Assembly: GCA_047602295.1 (NCBI GenBank)
Contig: JASGHP010000001.1
Location: forward strand, 1,800,803 to 1,864,802
Origin: Chitinophagaceae bacterium
GTDB taxonomy: Bacteria > Bacteroidota > Bacteroidia > Chitinophagales > Chitinophagaceae
DNA length: 64,000 nucleotides
Reading direction: 5' to 3'
Position 1 is the stretch's first letter. Every line of letters begins with the position of its first letter. The notes under the pieces were generated by a model. That model was not told where the DNA came from. It saw only the letters and a program-made list of their open reading frames with translations, and did no database searches. Below are positions 18,698-28,884 of the stretch, in pieces. Position numbers and translations under genes: made by a program.

Positions 18698-19321
18698 TTA
18701 AGGAACGTTAATGTATTTATGTAATTGCATGCTGAGCTCCCACTGTGGATTTTGTTTAATGTAATCTACAATAAGTGGTGTCATGGCAGCTGCTTTGCTC
18801 CATTCAGGCTGAAGATAAAGTTTACAAGTAGGAGAAACTTCCATTGCATATTTTTCTGCCCAATCGAAATCTGTTTTGTTGAACACGACAACTTTTAATT
18901 CATTGGCATTCGGCAATACTTCCGGCAGTGGTGCTTTAAATTTTTTAGGAGAAAGACAAATCCAGTCCCAGTCACCGCTTAGGGGAGAAGATCCCGATGT
19001 TTCTATATTGGTCTGGAAACCTTCATGCTTTAACACACTGGTTAATTCATCAAGATTGTGCAAGAGTGGTTCTCCTCCGGTAATTACAGCTAATCTTCCG
19101 GGATTTTCCTTGGCGGCATTTACAATTTCAGCTATTGATAATAAAGGATGTGCTGCTGCATCCCAGCTCTCTTTAACATCGCACCAGACACAGCCAACAT
19201 CACAACCGCCCAGCCGTATAAAGTAGGCAGCTTTGCCCTGGTGAAAACCTTCACCCTGCAGTGTATAAAAACTTTCCATCACTGGCAATACCGTTTCACT
19301 TGTTGCTATACTATTCATCAT
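18698..19321 (-). CDS. queE: 7-carboxy-7-deazaguanine synthase QueE (radical SAM)
   Basis: FYTLQGEG, radical SAM cluster motif GGCDVGCVWCD, 207 aa. Confidence 0.9.
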   Translation of the reverse strand: MMNSIATSETVLPVMESFYTLQGEGFHQGKAAYFIRLGGCDVGCVWCDVKESWDAAAHPLLSIAEIVNAAKENPGRLAVITGGEPLLHNLDELTSVLKHEGFQTNIETSGSSPLSGDWDWICLSPKKFKAPLPEVLPNANELKVVVFNKTDFDWAEKYAMEVSPTCKLYLQPEWSKAAAMTPLIVDYIKQNPQWELSMQLHKYINVP

Positions 19322-19340
19322 GCTGCAAAGATCGTATTTT

Positions 19341-20225
19341 TTAAGAAGCAGTAACTACTGCGGCTCTAGGCTGGTAACTATTTACTGTTTTTTTAAATTC
19401 AGAAGGCGTTTTCTTCACTATTGCTTTAAACACTTTATTGAAGTAAGGAACATTATTAAAACCACATTCAAAACAAACCTGGCCAATAGATTTTTCCTGC
19501 TGCAACATAATGCATGCCTGCTCTATTCTATATTGGTTAATGAAATCTGTAAATGTAATGTTCATTATTTTTTTAAAATAGTTGCAGAATGCAGGCACAG
19601 TAAGATGAGCAATAGCAGCTACTTTCTTTATATTGATTTCTTCCTGGTAATTCTGCTCTACATAATTAAAAATGTTTTGCAACCTTACATGCACTTTGCG
19701 AATGGTATTGGGCAATGTGATTTGAGAATTAAGTAAGGTATACTCTTCTGAAGTTGCCATTAACTGCAGTATGTGTGTCAATTCAACAAATCTTTCAAAA
19801 GGAGAAATCTTCGGCAATCTCATCATTCGTTTCATTACCTTTTCTTTGGTAGCATCGCCAAAACTGATGCCGTAGCTGGATTTTTCCAGTAGCAGGCTAA
19901 TGTGTTTCATTTCCGGTCTGGCAAGAAAGCCTGGTCCAAATACATCTTTCTTAAACTGCACCACTATCTGTTCTATGGTGCCTCGGGTATTAAGGCCAAA
20001 ACCAGAATGGGGTAGGTCTGGTCCCATTAATACAAGATCACCGTTTTCATAGTTGCTGGCATGATTGCCCACCTGGCGTGTGCCATTGCCTGCCAATACG
20101 CATACAATTTCAAACTCGGGGTGATAATGATATTGCCAAGAATATTCTTCTGCAGGTATTTTATCATGAAGCAAACGGAAAGAGCTTCCTTCGTCTTCCT
20201 GTATAAGTTCAAATTCAATTTTCAT
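19341..20225 (-). CDS. AraC family transcriptional regulator with an N-terminal cupin-like sensor domain
   Basis: C-terminal double HTH (AAIAHLTVPAFCNYFKK...GFNNVPYFNKVFK). Divergent from SusC across a 500-bp intergenic region. Confidence 0.85.
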   Translation of the reverse strand: MKIEFELIQEDEGSSFRLLHDKIPAEEYSWQYHYHPEFEIVCVLAGNGTRQVGNHASNYENGDLVLMGPDLPHSGFGLNTRGTIEQIVVQFKKDVFGPGFLARPEMKHISLLLEKSSYGISFGDATKEKVMKRMMRLPKISPFERFVELTHILQLMATSEEYTLLNSQITLPNTIRKVHVRLQNIFNYVEQNYQEEINIKKVAAIAHLTVPAFCNYFKKIMNITFTDFINQYRIEQACIMLQQEKSIGQVCFECGFNNVPYFNKVFKAIVKKTPSEFKKTVNSYQPRAAVVTAS

Positions 20226-20725
20226 GGAGCTGTTTTGGTTAGTTTATGAGCTGTTTTTTTGTTAGCATAACCATCCTGTGCTGTCTGCTTGCCTGATCTA
20301 CTTAACGCTTATTAATAAAATTATGGCCCAAATCTAGCAAATTGCCATTAATATGGTTAAAGAATCTGTTAATGCAGATGATTTTTTTATGATGTTAAAT
20401 AATCAAATTTGCGCTGCCTTATTGTAATTATCGCAATAAAACCGGGGTAAATTGTTTTTTTTCAAGGCCAAGCATCAAGATCAAAAGTCTTGTTGTCATT
20501 TAACCCAGCTGAATATTTTCCAGAAAAGCAGTAAAATTAAAATATAGTTAATTTTTTTTGGTGAATATAATATACTGCTTATTTTTACTGTGTAAAAAGT
20601 ACACAAAAGGCTAAAGTGAAGAGAGAATTTTATTTGTAAAATATTATAATGATTACCCAACCAGTAATTATTATTTTATATATCGTTTACAGACATACTA
20701 TTGCTTAACTAAAAACTATCGCCGT

Positions 20726-23698
20726 ATGAAGAATACCAAAATCTTCATTACGAAAGCCATGTCAATTGGTTTTCTGCTGCTATTTTCTATCTCTCAGGTT
20801 TTCTCACAAACAAAAACAGTTTCAGGAAAGGTTACAGATTCAAAGGATGGTTCACCCATTGTAGGCGCAACTGTACAGGCTAAAGGTGCCAAAACAGGCA
20901 CTTCTACTGGCGCAGATGGAAGCTATTCTTTAACGGTAGGTGCCAATGTAACAACATTGGTAATTACCTCAGTTGGTTTCGACAAACAGGAAATCAATGT
21001 AAACAATGCTTCCGTTGTAGCACTTGTTGCCAGCAACGCTAATCTTAATGAGGTGGTAGTAATTGGTTATGGTACTGCCCGCAAAAAAGATTTGACGGGT
21101 GCTGTAGCCTCTATTCAAGCAAAAAACTTCAATAAAGGTACTATTGCCAGCCCCGACCAATTGCTGCAAAGCAAAGTGGCAGGTGTGTTGGTTACAGTAA
21201 ATAGCGGCGAGCCCGGCGCTGGTACAACAGTGCAGATTCGTGGTACTAGCTCACTCAGGGCAAACAACAACCCATTGTATGTGATAGATGGAGTTCCATT
21301 AGATGGTAGAAATGCAGAACCAGGCAATAGCAATGGTGACGGACCTACACCAAGTTCTAACCCACTTCTTTTTATAAACCCAAGTGATGTTGCATCAATC
21401 GACGTTTTGAAAGATGCATCTTCTGCAGCTATCTATGGTAGCCGCGGTGCTAATGGCGTCATAGCTATTACTTTAAAGAAAGGTGTTGCAGGGCCAACTA
21501 AAGTTGATGTAGGTATGTCTTTTGGAAAGTTTGCAGGGTATATGAAGCGTTTTGATGTGCTGGACAGAAGCCAGTTTTTGAATGCACTAACTAAATATGG
21601 CGGTGCAAGTTCTCTTAACTATGGTGGAAATGTAGACGCCTTAAAAGACATCACCAACAGCTCAATATCTTCTTCATATAACCTCGCTTTAAGCGGTGGT
21701 AATGAAACCGGAAAATACCGTGCTTCTTTTTATGGCACAAACCAGGAAGGTTTTGTAAAAGGAACAGGTCTTCAGAAATACATTGGTTCTTTTACAGGAA
21801 CTGAAAGATTACTCGACAAAAAATTAACCCTGGATTTTGACCTCATTGCTGGTAACGTACCGCATACATTTGGTTATGTGTTCAACACTACTGGTTCTGC
21901 CGGTAACCTGATGAGTGCTGCTTTACAGTGGAACCCAACACAAAATTACCGTGGTTCTAATGGACAGTATATCTTCCCGGCTAATGGTACACCCAACCCT
22001 ATGGCGTTAATTGATGGTATACATGATAAAGCAAGCACCACTACTATATTAGGTAATATCTCAGGTGCTTACAAAATATTGCCAAACCTGGAGTATAAAA
22101 TGTTATATGCTATCAACCATAGTGAAGGTAATCGTCTTGTAAACTATGAAGGATGGTTGCAGGGTCTTGGTACATTATCAGGTAATGGTTTAGCAGCTAT
22201 TGCTAATGCACGCCTGAATTCACAAACATTTACGCATACATTGAATTACAATGCGGATCTTACTCAGAAACTGCATCTGAATGCATTGGTTGGTTACGAA
22301 TACTGGAAAAGTGATTACAGCGCAGATGCGCAGTCAGCCAATACGTTCAATTTTAACCTGACGCAAACAGCACGTATACCTTTAATGTATACATCCGTTT
22401 TCCAGGATGCCAAAAATCAGAATCCGCACGCAAGCTATGTTGACCCTACAACAGAATTGCAGTCATATTTTGCAAGGGCTATTCTTAACTACGATGACAA
22501 ATATGTGTTGACTGCTACTGTTAGACGTGATGGATCAAGTAAGTTTGGTGTTAATAACAAATATGGAACATTCCCTTCATTTGCGGCTTTATGGCGCATA
22601 AGCAATGAAGGTTTCATGAAGGACAGCCGCGTATTTAGCAACCTTGCTTTAAGAGCATCATATGGTATCACTGGTAACCAGGAGTTCCCATCAGGTTCTT
22701 CACTGGAGCAATTCTCCTTCCCTGCATACAATACTTTCGGACAGGTAAACGTGTACAATCCTAACCTTAAATGGGAACAAACCAAATCAACAAATATTGG
22801 TTTGGACTTTGGTATCCTGAAAGGCCGTGTGTATGGTTCATTTGATTACTATAATAAAAATACTACCAACCTGTTGTACCAGGGCCCCGCTATTCAGCCA
22901 GCACCTGCTTCATCAGTTTGGTTAAACCTTCCTGCTAATCTTGTTAATAAAGGATACGAAATTGCAGTTGGTGCTACACTTATTCAGCAAAAAGATTTCA
23001 GTCTTGACTTGTCTGTTAACTGGGCTCATAATAACAACAAGCTAAGCAACTTCACACAGGCTGGTATCCTTAGCGGTGCAGTTAGTGGCCAGGGTGTGAG
23101 TGGTGCCTTCTCTGAAATTATTACCAACAACCAGCCGCTGCTTGCATATTATCTGAAACCATTCCTTGGTTTTGATCAAAACGGCAACCAGTTGGTAGGT
23201 GATAACCCGCAGTTCGCAGGTGATCCTAATCCGCATAATTTATTTGGTGGAACAATTAGTGCACACTACAAGAAATTTGATCTTGTTATCAATGGTGGTG
23301 GTGCTTCAGGTTACCTGATTTACAATAACACCGCAACAAGCGTTACAAACATCGCTGGTATATTGAATGGCAGAAACATCGACAAAAATGCTTACAATTC
23401 AGTTGAAAAAGCGAGCAGTGGTGTAGCTGCTTCTACAAGGTTCCTTGAAAGCGGTAATTTCTTTAAACTGCGCAACGCATCTATTACTTACAACGCTGGC
23501 AGCTTTGGCAAATTTGTAAAGAATGCAAGTGTTTTCCTGACAGGCAACAATTTATTTGTTATCACCAAATTCTCTGGATTTGATCCTGAGGTGAATATCG
23601 ATAAGTCTAACGGAGGGTATCCTTCTAAATCTATAGAATACATACCTTATCCTACAGCCCGTACAATCACTATCGGCTTAAACCTGTCATTATTTTAA
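20726..23698 (+). CDS. SusC/RagA family TonB-linked outer membrane protein
   Basis: Signal peptide, CarboxypepD_reg domain (VSGKVTDSKDGSPIVGATV), TonB box-like NEVVVIGYG, plug domain, and C-terminal beta-barrel ending in F; 990 aa. Confidence 0.95.
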   Translation: MKNTKIFITKAMSIGFLLLFSISQVFSQTKTVSGKVTDSKDGSPIVGATVQAKGAKTGTSTGADGSYSLTVGANVTTLVITSVGFDKQEINVNNASVVALVASNANLNEVVVIGYGTARKKDLTGAVASIQAKNFNKGTIASPDQLLQSKVAGVLVTVNSGEPGAGTTVQIRGTSSLRANNNPLYVIDGVPLDGRNAEPGNSNGDGPTPSSNPLLFINPSDVASIDVLKDASSAAIYGSRGANGVIAITLKKGVAGPTKVDVGMSFGKFAGYMKRFDVLDRSQFLNALTKYGGASSLNYGGNVDALKDITNSSISSSYNLALSGGNETGKYRASFYGTNQEGFVKGTGLQKYIGSFTGTERLLDKKLTLDFDLIAGNVPHTFGYVFNTTGSAGNLMSAALQWNPTQNYRGSNGQYIFPANGTPNPMALIDGIHDKASTTTILGNISGAYKILPNLEYKMLYAINHSEGNRLVNYEGWLQGLGTLSGNGLAAIANARLNSQTFTHTLNYNADLTQKLHLNALVGYEYWKSDYSADAQSANTFNFNLTQTARIPLMYTSVFQDAKNQNPHASYVDPTTELQSYFARAILNYDDKYVLTATVRRDGSSKFGVNNKYGTFPSFAALWRISNEGFMKDSRVFSNLALRASYGITGNQEFPSGSSLEQFSFPAYNTFGQVNVYNPNLKWEQTKSTNIGLDFGILKGRVYGSFDYYNKNTTNLLYQGPAIQPAPASSVWLNLPANLVNKGYEIAVGATLIQQKDFSLDLSVNWAHNNNKLSNFTQAGILSGAVSGQGVSGAFSEIITNNQPLLAYYLKPFLGFDQNGNQLVGDNPQFAGDPNPHNLFGGTISAHYKKFDLVINGGGASGYLIYNNTATSVTNIAGILNGRNIDKNAYNSVEKASSGVAASTRFLESGNFFKLRNASITYNAGSFGKFVKNASVFLTGNNLFVITKFSGFDPEVNIDKSNGGYPSKSIEYIPYPTARTITIGLNLSLF

Positions 23699-23717
23699 TC
23701 TATTAAATCGATTGCAA

Positions 23718-25400
23718 ATGAAACCGAATAAAATAAAAATCGCTATAATTTGTGCCGCTGCTGTATTTGGTAGTTGTACAAAACTGAATGAATCGCTTAA
23801 TAGCTCTCTCACAAAGGATCAAACATCAAATGCACTTGGTGCAAATGCTGTACCCCTGTTACTTCAAGCCGCCTATGCAGATATAGCCGGCCCATTCACT
23901 GCTCAGGATCAGGTGTTTTCATTGGAAGAAAACTCTACAGATGAATCATTGGTTCCTACGCGTGGTGGTGACTGGGATGATAATGGTGTTTGGCGTGTTA
24001 TACACAGCCACAAATGGAATGCAGATCACAGCCAGGTATTGAGTGTATTCAATGGTTTGAATAAACTTCAGTTTGATGCCACTAACGTACTTGCGTTTGG
24101 CCCCTCTGCAAACCAGAAAGCACAGGCCAGGTTTTTAAGAGCGTTGTCACTTTATTACTTATTGGATTTGTATAATCAATATCCTTTCCGTAATCCGGGT
24201 GATAACCTGTTGCTGGCACCAGAAGTAAAATCAGGTGCTGCTGCTTCACAGTTTATTATTGATGAGCTTACAGCAGCATTGCCAGATCTTGCAGCAGCAG
24301 GTGGTGGTAATAATGCTAGCTTAGCAACACAGGAAGCTGCAAAAGTATTGTTGATGAGAACATACTTGAACCGTGGCATGTGGTTGAACCGCACTGCACC
24401 TACTTTTGCTGATGCAGACATGCAGCAGGTAATTACATTGGGTAACCAAATTATCAGCGGTGGTAAGTACTCATTTGAGAGCGAATACTTTAATAATTTC
24501 GTTGCAGGTAACAACGGTGGTAAAGAATCAATTTTTGCTTACCCCAATAGTTCTGGTGTAGCTGCAAATAACAGTGGTATCAATGGCCGCTGGCAAATGA
24601 CTACTCACTATAACACAAACGCATTAAAAGCGCCAAACGCAGGTTGGAATGGTTTCACTACCATTGGAGATTTCTACAACAGCTTTGGTTTCCCAACTGC
24701 AATGGTGGGTGTTACAGGTTTTGCTACTGATAAATCCGGACGTTATAAAGACACTGCCGTTGACAGCCGTTTAGGTGGAAGATTCTATACCGGTGTTACT
24801 AATAAAATTGGTCTGAAACCAGGTTTCCTGATTGGCCAGCAATACAATGGTGCTGATAGTGCATACAATGCTGAAAAAGACAGAAAAGGAAATCCTTTGG
24901 CATTTGACCCAACTATTGCCAGCAATATGATTGAAACAGGTACCAACCTTGAAGTTACTGGTATCCGTGTTGTTAAATATGTACCAGATATCATCACTAA
25001 TGACCAATGGGGTGGTAATGCAGGTAACTGGGTGCAATTGTTCCGTTATTCTGACGTAGTGCTGATGGTAGCTGAAGCTAAATTAAGGGCTGCTACAAAA
25101 GATAACGCAGGTGCGCTTACTCTAATAAACACCCTTCGCACTGCCCGTGGCGCTGCATCAATGACTGGCACAGTAGTGCTGGCAAACCCTTCAAATGTTG
25201 ACGATCCAGGTACATTGCTTGCAGAACGTGGCCGTGAGTTTTATTGGGAGAGCCTTCGTCGTACAGACTTATTGCGTTTTGGTGTCTTCAATGTATTATG
25301 GCAATACAAACCCAGTGATGATGCGCATTACAATGTATATCCTATTCCAACCCAGGCATTGGCCAGCAATCCAAACCTGAAACAGAATACGGGTTACTAA
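23718..25400 (+). CDS. SusD/RagB family nutrient-binding outer membrane lipoprotein
   Basis: Lipobox FGSC, TPR-like SusD core, C-terminal RGREFYWE..RR.DL.RF motif. The ATG at 23718 is preferred over the TTG at 23712. Confidence 0.9.
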   Translation: MKPNKIKIAIICAAAVFGSCTKLNESLNSSLTKDQTSNALGANAVPLLLQAAYADIAGPFTAQDQVFSLEENSTDESLVPTRGGDWDDNGVWRVIHSHKWNADHSQVLSVFNGLNKLQFDATNVLAFGPSANQKAQARFLRALSLYYLLDLYNQYPFRNPGDNLLLAPEVKSGAAASQFIIDELTAALPDLAAAGGGNNASLATQEAAKVLLMRTYLNRGMWLNRTAPTFADADMQQVITLGNQIISGGKYSFESEYFNNFVAGNNGGKESIFAYPNSSGVAANNSGINGRWQMTTHYNTNALKAPNAGWNGFTTIGDFYNSFGFPTAMVGVTGFATDKSGRYKDTAVDSRLGGRFYTGVTNKIGLKPGFLIGQQYNGADSAYNAEKDRKGNPLAFDPTIASNMIETGTNLEVTGIRVVKYVPDIITNDQWGGNAGNWVQLFRYSDVVLMVAEAKLRAATKDNAGALTLINTLRTARGAASMTGTVVLANPSNVDDPGTLLAERGREFYWESLRRTDLLRFGVFNVLWQYKPSDDAHYNVYPIPTQALASNPNLKQNTGY

Positions 25401-25428
25401 TAAATAAATTTGCAATCGCTAAACAAAC

Positions 25429-25462
25429 AAAAGGTCATTTCAACATGACCTTTTGTTATTTT
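25429..25462 (+). terminator. Rho-independent-type hairpin between susD and the first VCBS gene
   Basis: aaaaggtcat (25429-25438) pairs with atgacctttt (25445-25454), 6-nt loop, followed by gttattttt. Confidence 0.7.
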
Positions 25463-25474
25463 TGGCATGCCTCG

Positions 25475-28400
25475 ATGAAACATACGAAAATGTTGAAGCT
25501 CGTAAAACTATCTTCTTTTATTTCATTCTTATTATTCTTTTCCTGTCATCAAAAGGAAGCCAATCCTGTAACACTGTTTCAGTTGATGGATAGCACGGGC
25601 ATAGATTTTAATAATAAGGTAGTTGACCAGCAATTAGACAATAGTTTTCTTTTCCGCAATTTTTATAATGGGGGAGGTGTTGCTATTGGAGATATTAATA
25701 ATGATGGGTTAGCAGATATTTTTCTCACCTCTAATATGGGAGAAAATAAACTCTACCTGAACAAAGGCAATTTTAAGTTTGAAGACATTAGCGCAAAAGC
25801 AGGTTTGAAGCAAGACAACATGTGGAGCACAGGCGTAGTGTTTGTAGACATTAATAACGATGGATGGCAGGATATCTATGTGTGCAACTCTGGCCATATG
25901 AGTAATGGCAACCGAAAAAACAAGCTTTACATCAACAACCATAACCTGCAGTTTACAGAATCTGCACATGAATACGGGTTAGACATTTCAGCCTATACTA
26001 CCCAGGTATCTTTTTTTGATTATGATAACGATGGCGACCTTGATTGTTTCATGATCAACAACAGCCCCATTCCTGTCAATACTTTAAAAAATTCAAACCG
26101 CCGCGACTTGCCGGATTCCGCCTGGAATGTAAAACCTTTTCTAAAGGGCGGTGGCGATCACATGTTCCGCAACGACAATGGCCATTTCTCTGAAGTTACA
26201 CAAAGCATAGGTATTCATGGTTCACTCATCAGCTTTGGATTAGGTGCTTCTGTAGGAGATATTAACGGTGATGGTTATCTGGATATTTATGTATCGAATG
26301 ATTCTTACGAGCGGGATTATCTCTACATTAATCAAAAGAACGGCACATTTAAAGATGACCTGGAAAATTGTATGGGCCATACAAGCTTTTCTTCCATGGG
26401 AACAGATATGGCGGATGTAAATAACGATGGATATCCCGATATCTTTTCGACAGATATGTTGCCGGGTGATGATTACAGGTTGAAAACATTAGGCGCATTC
26501 GACAATATTGATTTGTACAACAGTAAGCTGAAAGCAGGGTTTTACCGGCAGTTTATGCAAAACTGTTTGCAGGTAAACAACAGGAACGGCCAGTTTATGG
26601 AAGTTGCTAATTTCAGTGGAGTGGAAGCCACTGATTGGAGCTGGGGCGCATTGATATTTGATGCAGACAATGATGGCCTGAACGATATTTATGTTTGTAA
26701 TGGTGTAAATAAAGATGTAACCAACCTGGATTTCATGGATTTTTTTGCAGATACCATAATGCAAAGGATGGTGTTGGAGCATAAAAAAGACAGTGTTGAA
26801 AAACTATTGGATCATATTCCGGTTAATGGAATGCCCAATAAAGCGTTTAAAAATATGGGCAACCTTCAATTCTCAGACGCAACTAATGTATGGGGTTTCA
26901 ACACAAAGTCATTTTCTAATGGTGCAGCTTATGGAGATCTTGATAATGACGGAGACCTGGATCTTATCGTGAATAACGAAAACATGCAGGCATTTGTGTA
27001 TAAAAATAATTCAAGAGAACAAAATCATAATAATTATATCACCATCCAATTAAAGGGTGATGAGAAAAATATAACGGCTATAGGAAGCCTGGTAAAAGTA
27101 TATGCCGGAAAGCAGTTGATGATTCGGGAACAGGTGCCGAGCCGCGGATTTCAATCCTGTGTAGACAATAAGTTGCTGATAGGCCTTGGTAAAATACCGA
27201 AGATAGATTCTATCGTTGTTAGATGGCCCAATCGGACATATTCAGTTATACATGATCCTGCAGTCAATAAAACACTCAATATTTCACAATTAGAAACACC
27301 TTCTTTAAAACCTGGGGTAGAAAAATTAACACAAACTTTTTTCCAGGAATTGACAAACAATTTTGACAAACATAAAGAAGACGATTATACTGATTTTTAT
27401 TATGAGCGGAATATTCCCGTCATGATATCACGCGAAGGACCACGTGCTGCAGTGGGAGATGTAAATGGGGACGGGCTGGAAGATGTATACATAGGTGGCG
27501 CCGTGGGACAGGCTGGCCAGTTGTATTTGCAATCTGCCGATGGCAATTTTACGAAGAAGCCGGAGAAGGTATTTGATGAATTTGCAAATTTTGAAGATGT
27601 GGCAGTTTTGTTTTTTGACGCAGATAAAGATGGAGATCTTGACCTGGTGATAGGTCCTGGAGGAAATAATCAACCGCCTAATAGTCGCGAAATACAATTA
27701 CGTTTATACAAAAACGATGGACATGGTAATTTTGAAATAGATGCAGCAGCTTTTCCTGTTAATGACGCAGACATTTCAACGATTGTTGCCAGCGACTTCA
27801 ATAATGATGGTTTTCAGGATTTGTTTGTTGGAGCGGGCAATGCGCCGAGAGACTACGGTGTTTCGCCTTCCAGCATGCTATTGCAAAATGACGGGCATGG
27901 CCATTTTACAAATCTTTGCGCCAATGTAAATAAAGATATAGCACAAATGGGAATGGTGAAATCTGCTGTATGGGCAGATGTGTTGGGCAATGGCCATGAA
28001 CAATTGATAGTGGTAGGAGAGTGGATGACGCCGCGAATTTTCTCTTACCAGGGCAATCGCTTTGTAGAAGTTAAAACAAACCTTAGCCAATTGTTTGGAT
28101 GGTGGCGCTGCGTAATTGCAACTGATGTAAATGGAGATGGAAAACAAGATCTGGTAATGGGTAATATTGGTGAAAATTTTTACCTGCGGCCCGATTCTGC
28201 TCATCCTGTAAAATTGTTTATCGGAGATTTTGATAAGAACAATGAGCAGACGGAAAAAATACTAACCCGCAGTTATGAAGGAAAAGATGTACCAGTGTTT
28301 CTGAAAAGAGAAATGACAGATCAATTTCCCGTATTGAAAAAGAAAAATCTTAAGCATGTTGATTATGCAAATAAATCCGTTGAAGATCTTTTTGGGAAAG

Positions 28401-28816
28401 ATGCAATTAAGAAAGCAGATGTAAAAGTTTTTAATTTCAAAAGTTCTGTAGTAGCAATCAATAATGGCAATGGACAATTCACGATTGAGAAGCTTCCGCT
28501 TGAAACACAATTGTCTTCGTTAAACAGCATTTTGCCAATAGGATTGAATGGCGGCGGGCAAAAATTGCTTGCTGCAGGCAATGAGTTTAGCTTTCAGCCG
28601 CAATTCGGTTGTCTGGATGCTAATTATGGACAAGTGTTGCAAAACAATGGAAAAGGTGTTTTTAGTTGTATGGATCAGCATCAATGTGGTTTAGGTTTTA
28701 AAGGAGCGGTTAGAGATTTAAAATTGATAAACACCAGAAAGGGAAAAAAGATACTGGTGCTACAAAATGATGAAAAACCGATACTGCTTCAAATGAAGGA
28801 AGGTGATAATAAATAA
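25475..28816 (+). CDS. VCBS/FG-GAP repeat protein with a central ASPIC/UnbV domain; predicted lipoprotein (paralog 1)
   Basis: Repeated D.N.DG..D motifs (GDINNDGLADIF, VDINNDGWQDIY, FDYDNDGDLD...). ASPIC/UnbV-like block IGSLVKVYAG..REQVPSRGFQS. Lipobox LFFSC. The listed ATG at 25445 lies inside the terminator stem, so 25475 or 25490 is preferred. Confidence 0.85.
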   Translation: MKHTKMLKLVKLSSFISFLLFFSCHQKEANPVTLFQLMDSTGIDFNNKVVDQQLDNSFLFRNFYNGGGVAIGDINNDGLADIFLTSNMGENKLYLNKGNFKFEDISAKAGLKQDNMWSTGVVFVDINNDGWQDIYVCNSGHMSNGNRKNKLYINNHNLQFTESAHEYGLDISAYTTQVSFFDYDNDGDLDCFMINNSPIPVNTLKNSNRRDLPDSAWNVKPFLKGGGDHMFRNDNGHFSEVTQSIGIHGSLISFGLGASVGDINGDGYLDIYVSNDSYERDYLYINQKNGTFKDDLENCMGHTSFSSMGTDMADVNNDGYPDIFSTDMLPGDDYRLKTLGAFDNIDLYNSKLKAGFYRQFMQNCLQVNNRNGQFMEVANFSGVEATDWSWGALIFDADNDGLNDIYVCNGVNKDVTNLDFMDFFADTIMQRMVLEHKKDSVEKLLDHIPVNGMPNKAFKNMGNLQFSDATNVWGFNTKSFSNGAAYGDLDNDGDLDLIVNNENMQAFVYKNNSREQNHNNYITIQLKGDEKNITAIGSLVKVYAGKQLMIREQVPSRGFQSCVDNKLLIGLGKIPKIDSIVVRWPNRTYSVIHDPAVNKTLNISQLETPSLKPGVEKLTQTFFQELTNNFDKHKEDDYTDFYYERNIPVMISREGPRAAVGDVNGDGLEDVYIGGAVGQAGQLYLQSADGNFTKKPEKVFDEFANFEDVAVLFFDADKDGDLDLVIGPGGNNQPPNSREIQLRLYKNDGHGNFEIDAAAFPVNDADISTIVASDFNNDGFQDLFVGAGNAPRDYGVSPSSMLLQNDGHGHFTNLCANVNKDIAQMGMVKSAVWADVLGNGHEQLIVVGEWMTPRIFSYQGNRFVEVKTNLSQLFGWWRCVIATDVNGDGKQDLVMGNIGENFYLRPDSAHPVKLFIGDFDKNNEQTEKILTRSYEGKDVPVFLKREMTDQFPVLKKKNLKHVDYANKSVEDLFGKDAIKKADVKVFNFKSSVVAINNGNGQFTIEKLPLETQLSSLNSILPIGLNGGGQKLLAAGNEFSFQPQFGCLDANYGQVLQNNGKGVFSCMDQHQCGLGFKGAVRDLKLINTRKGKKILVLQNDEKPILLQMKEGDNK

Positions 28817-28884
28817 AGTCGTTAAACAGCACTAAGAATTTCAAAGCAATACATCTCAGTAAATCAGCCAGGTAAAAAAAGAAG

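Noticed and set aside
25445-25474. Upstream ATG (MTFCYFWHAS...) as the start of the first VCBS gene
   Set aside because: The ATG is part of the 3' arm of the susD terminator hairpin. The signal peptide and lipobox only begin after the downstream Met codons.
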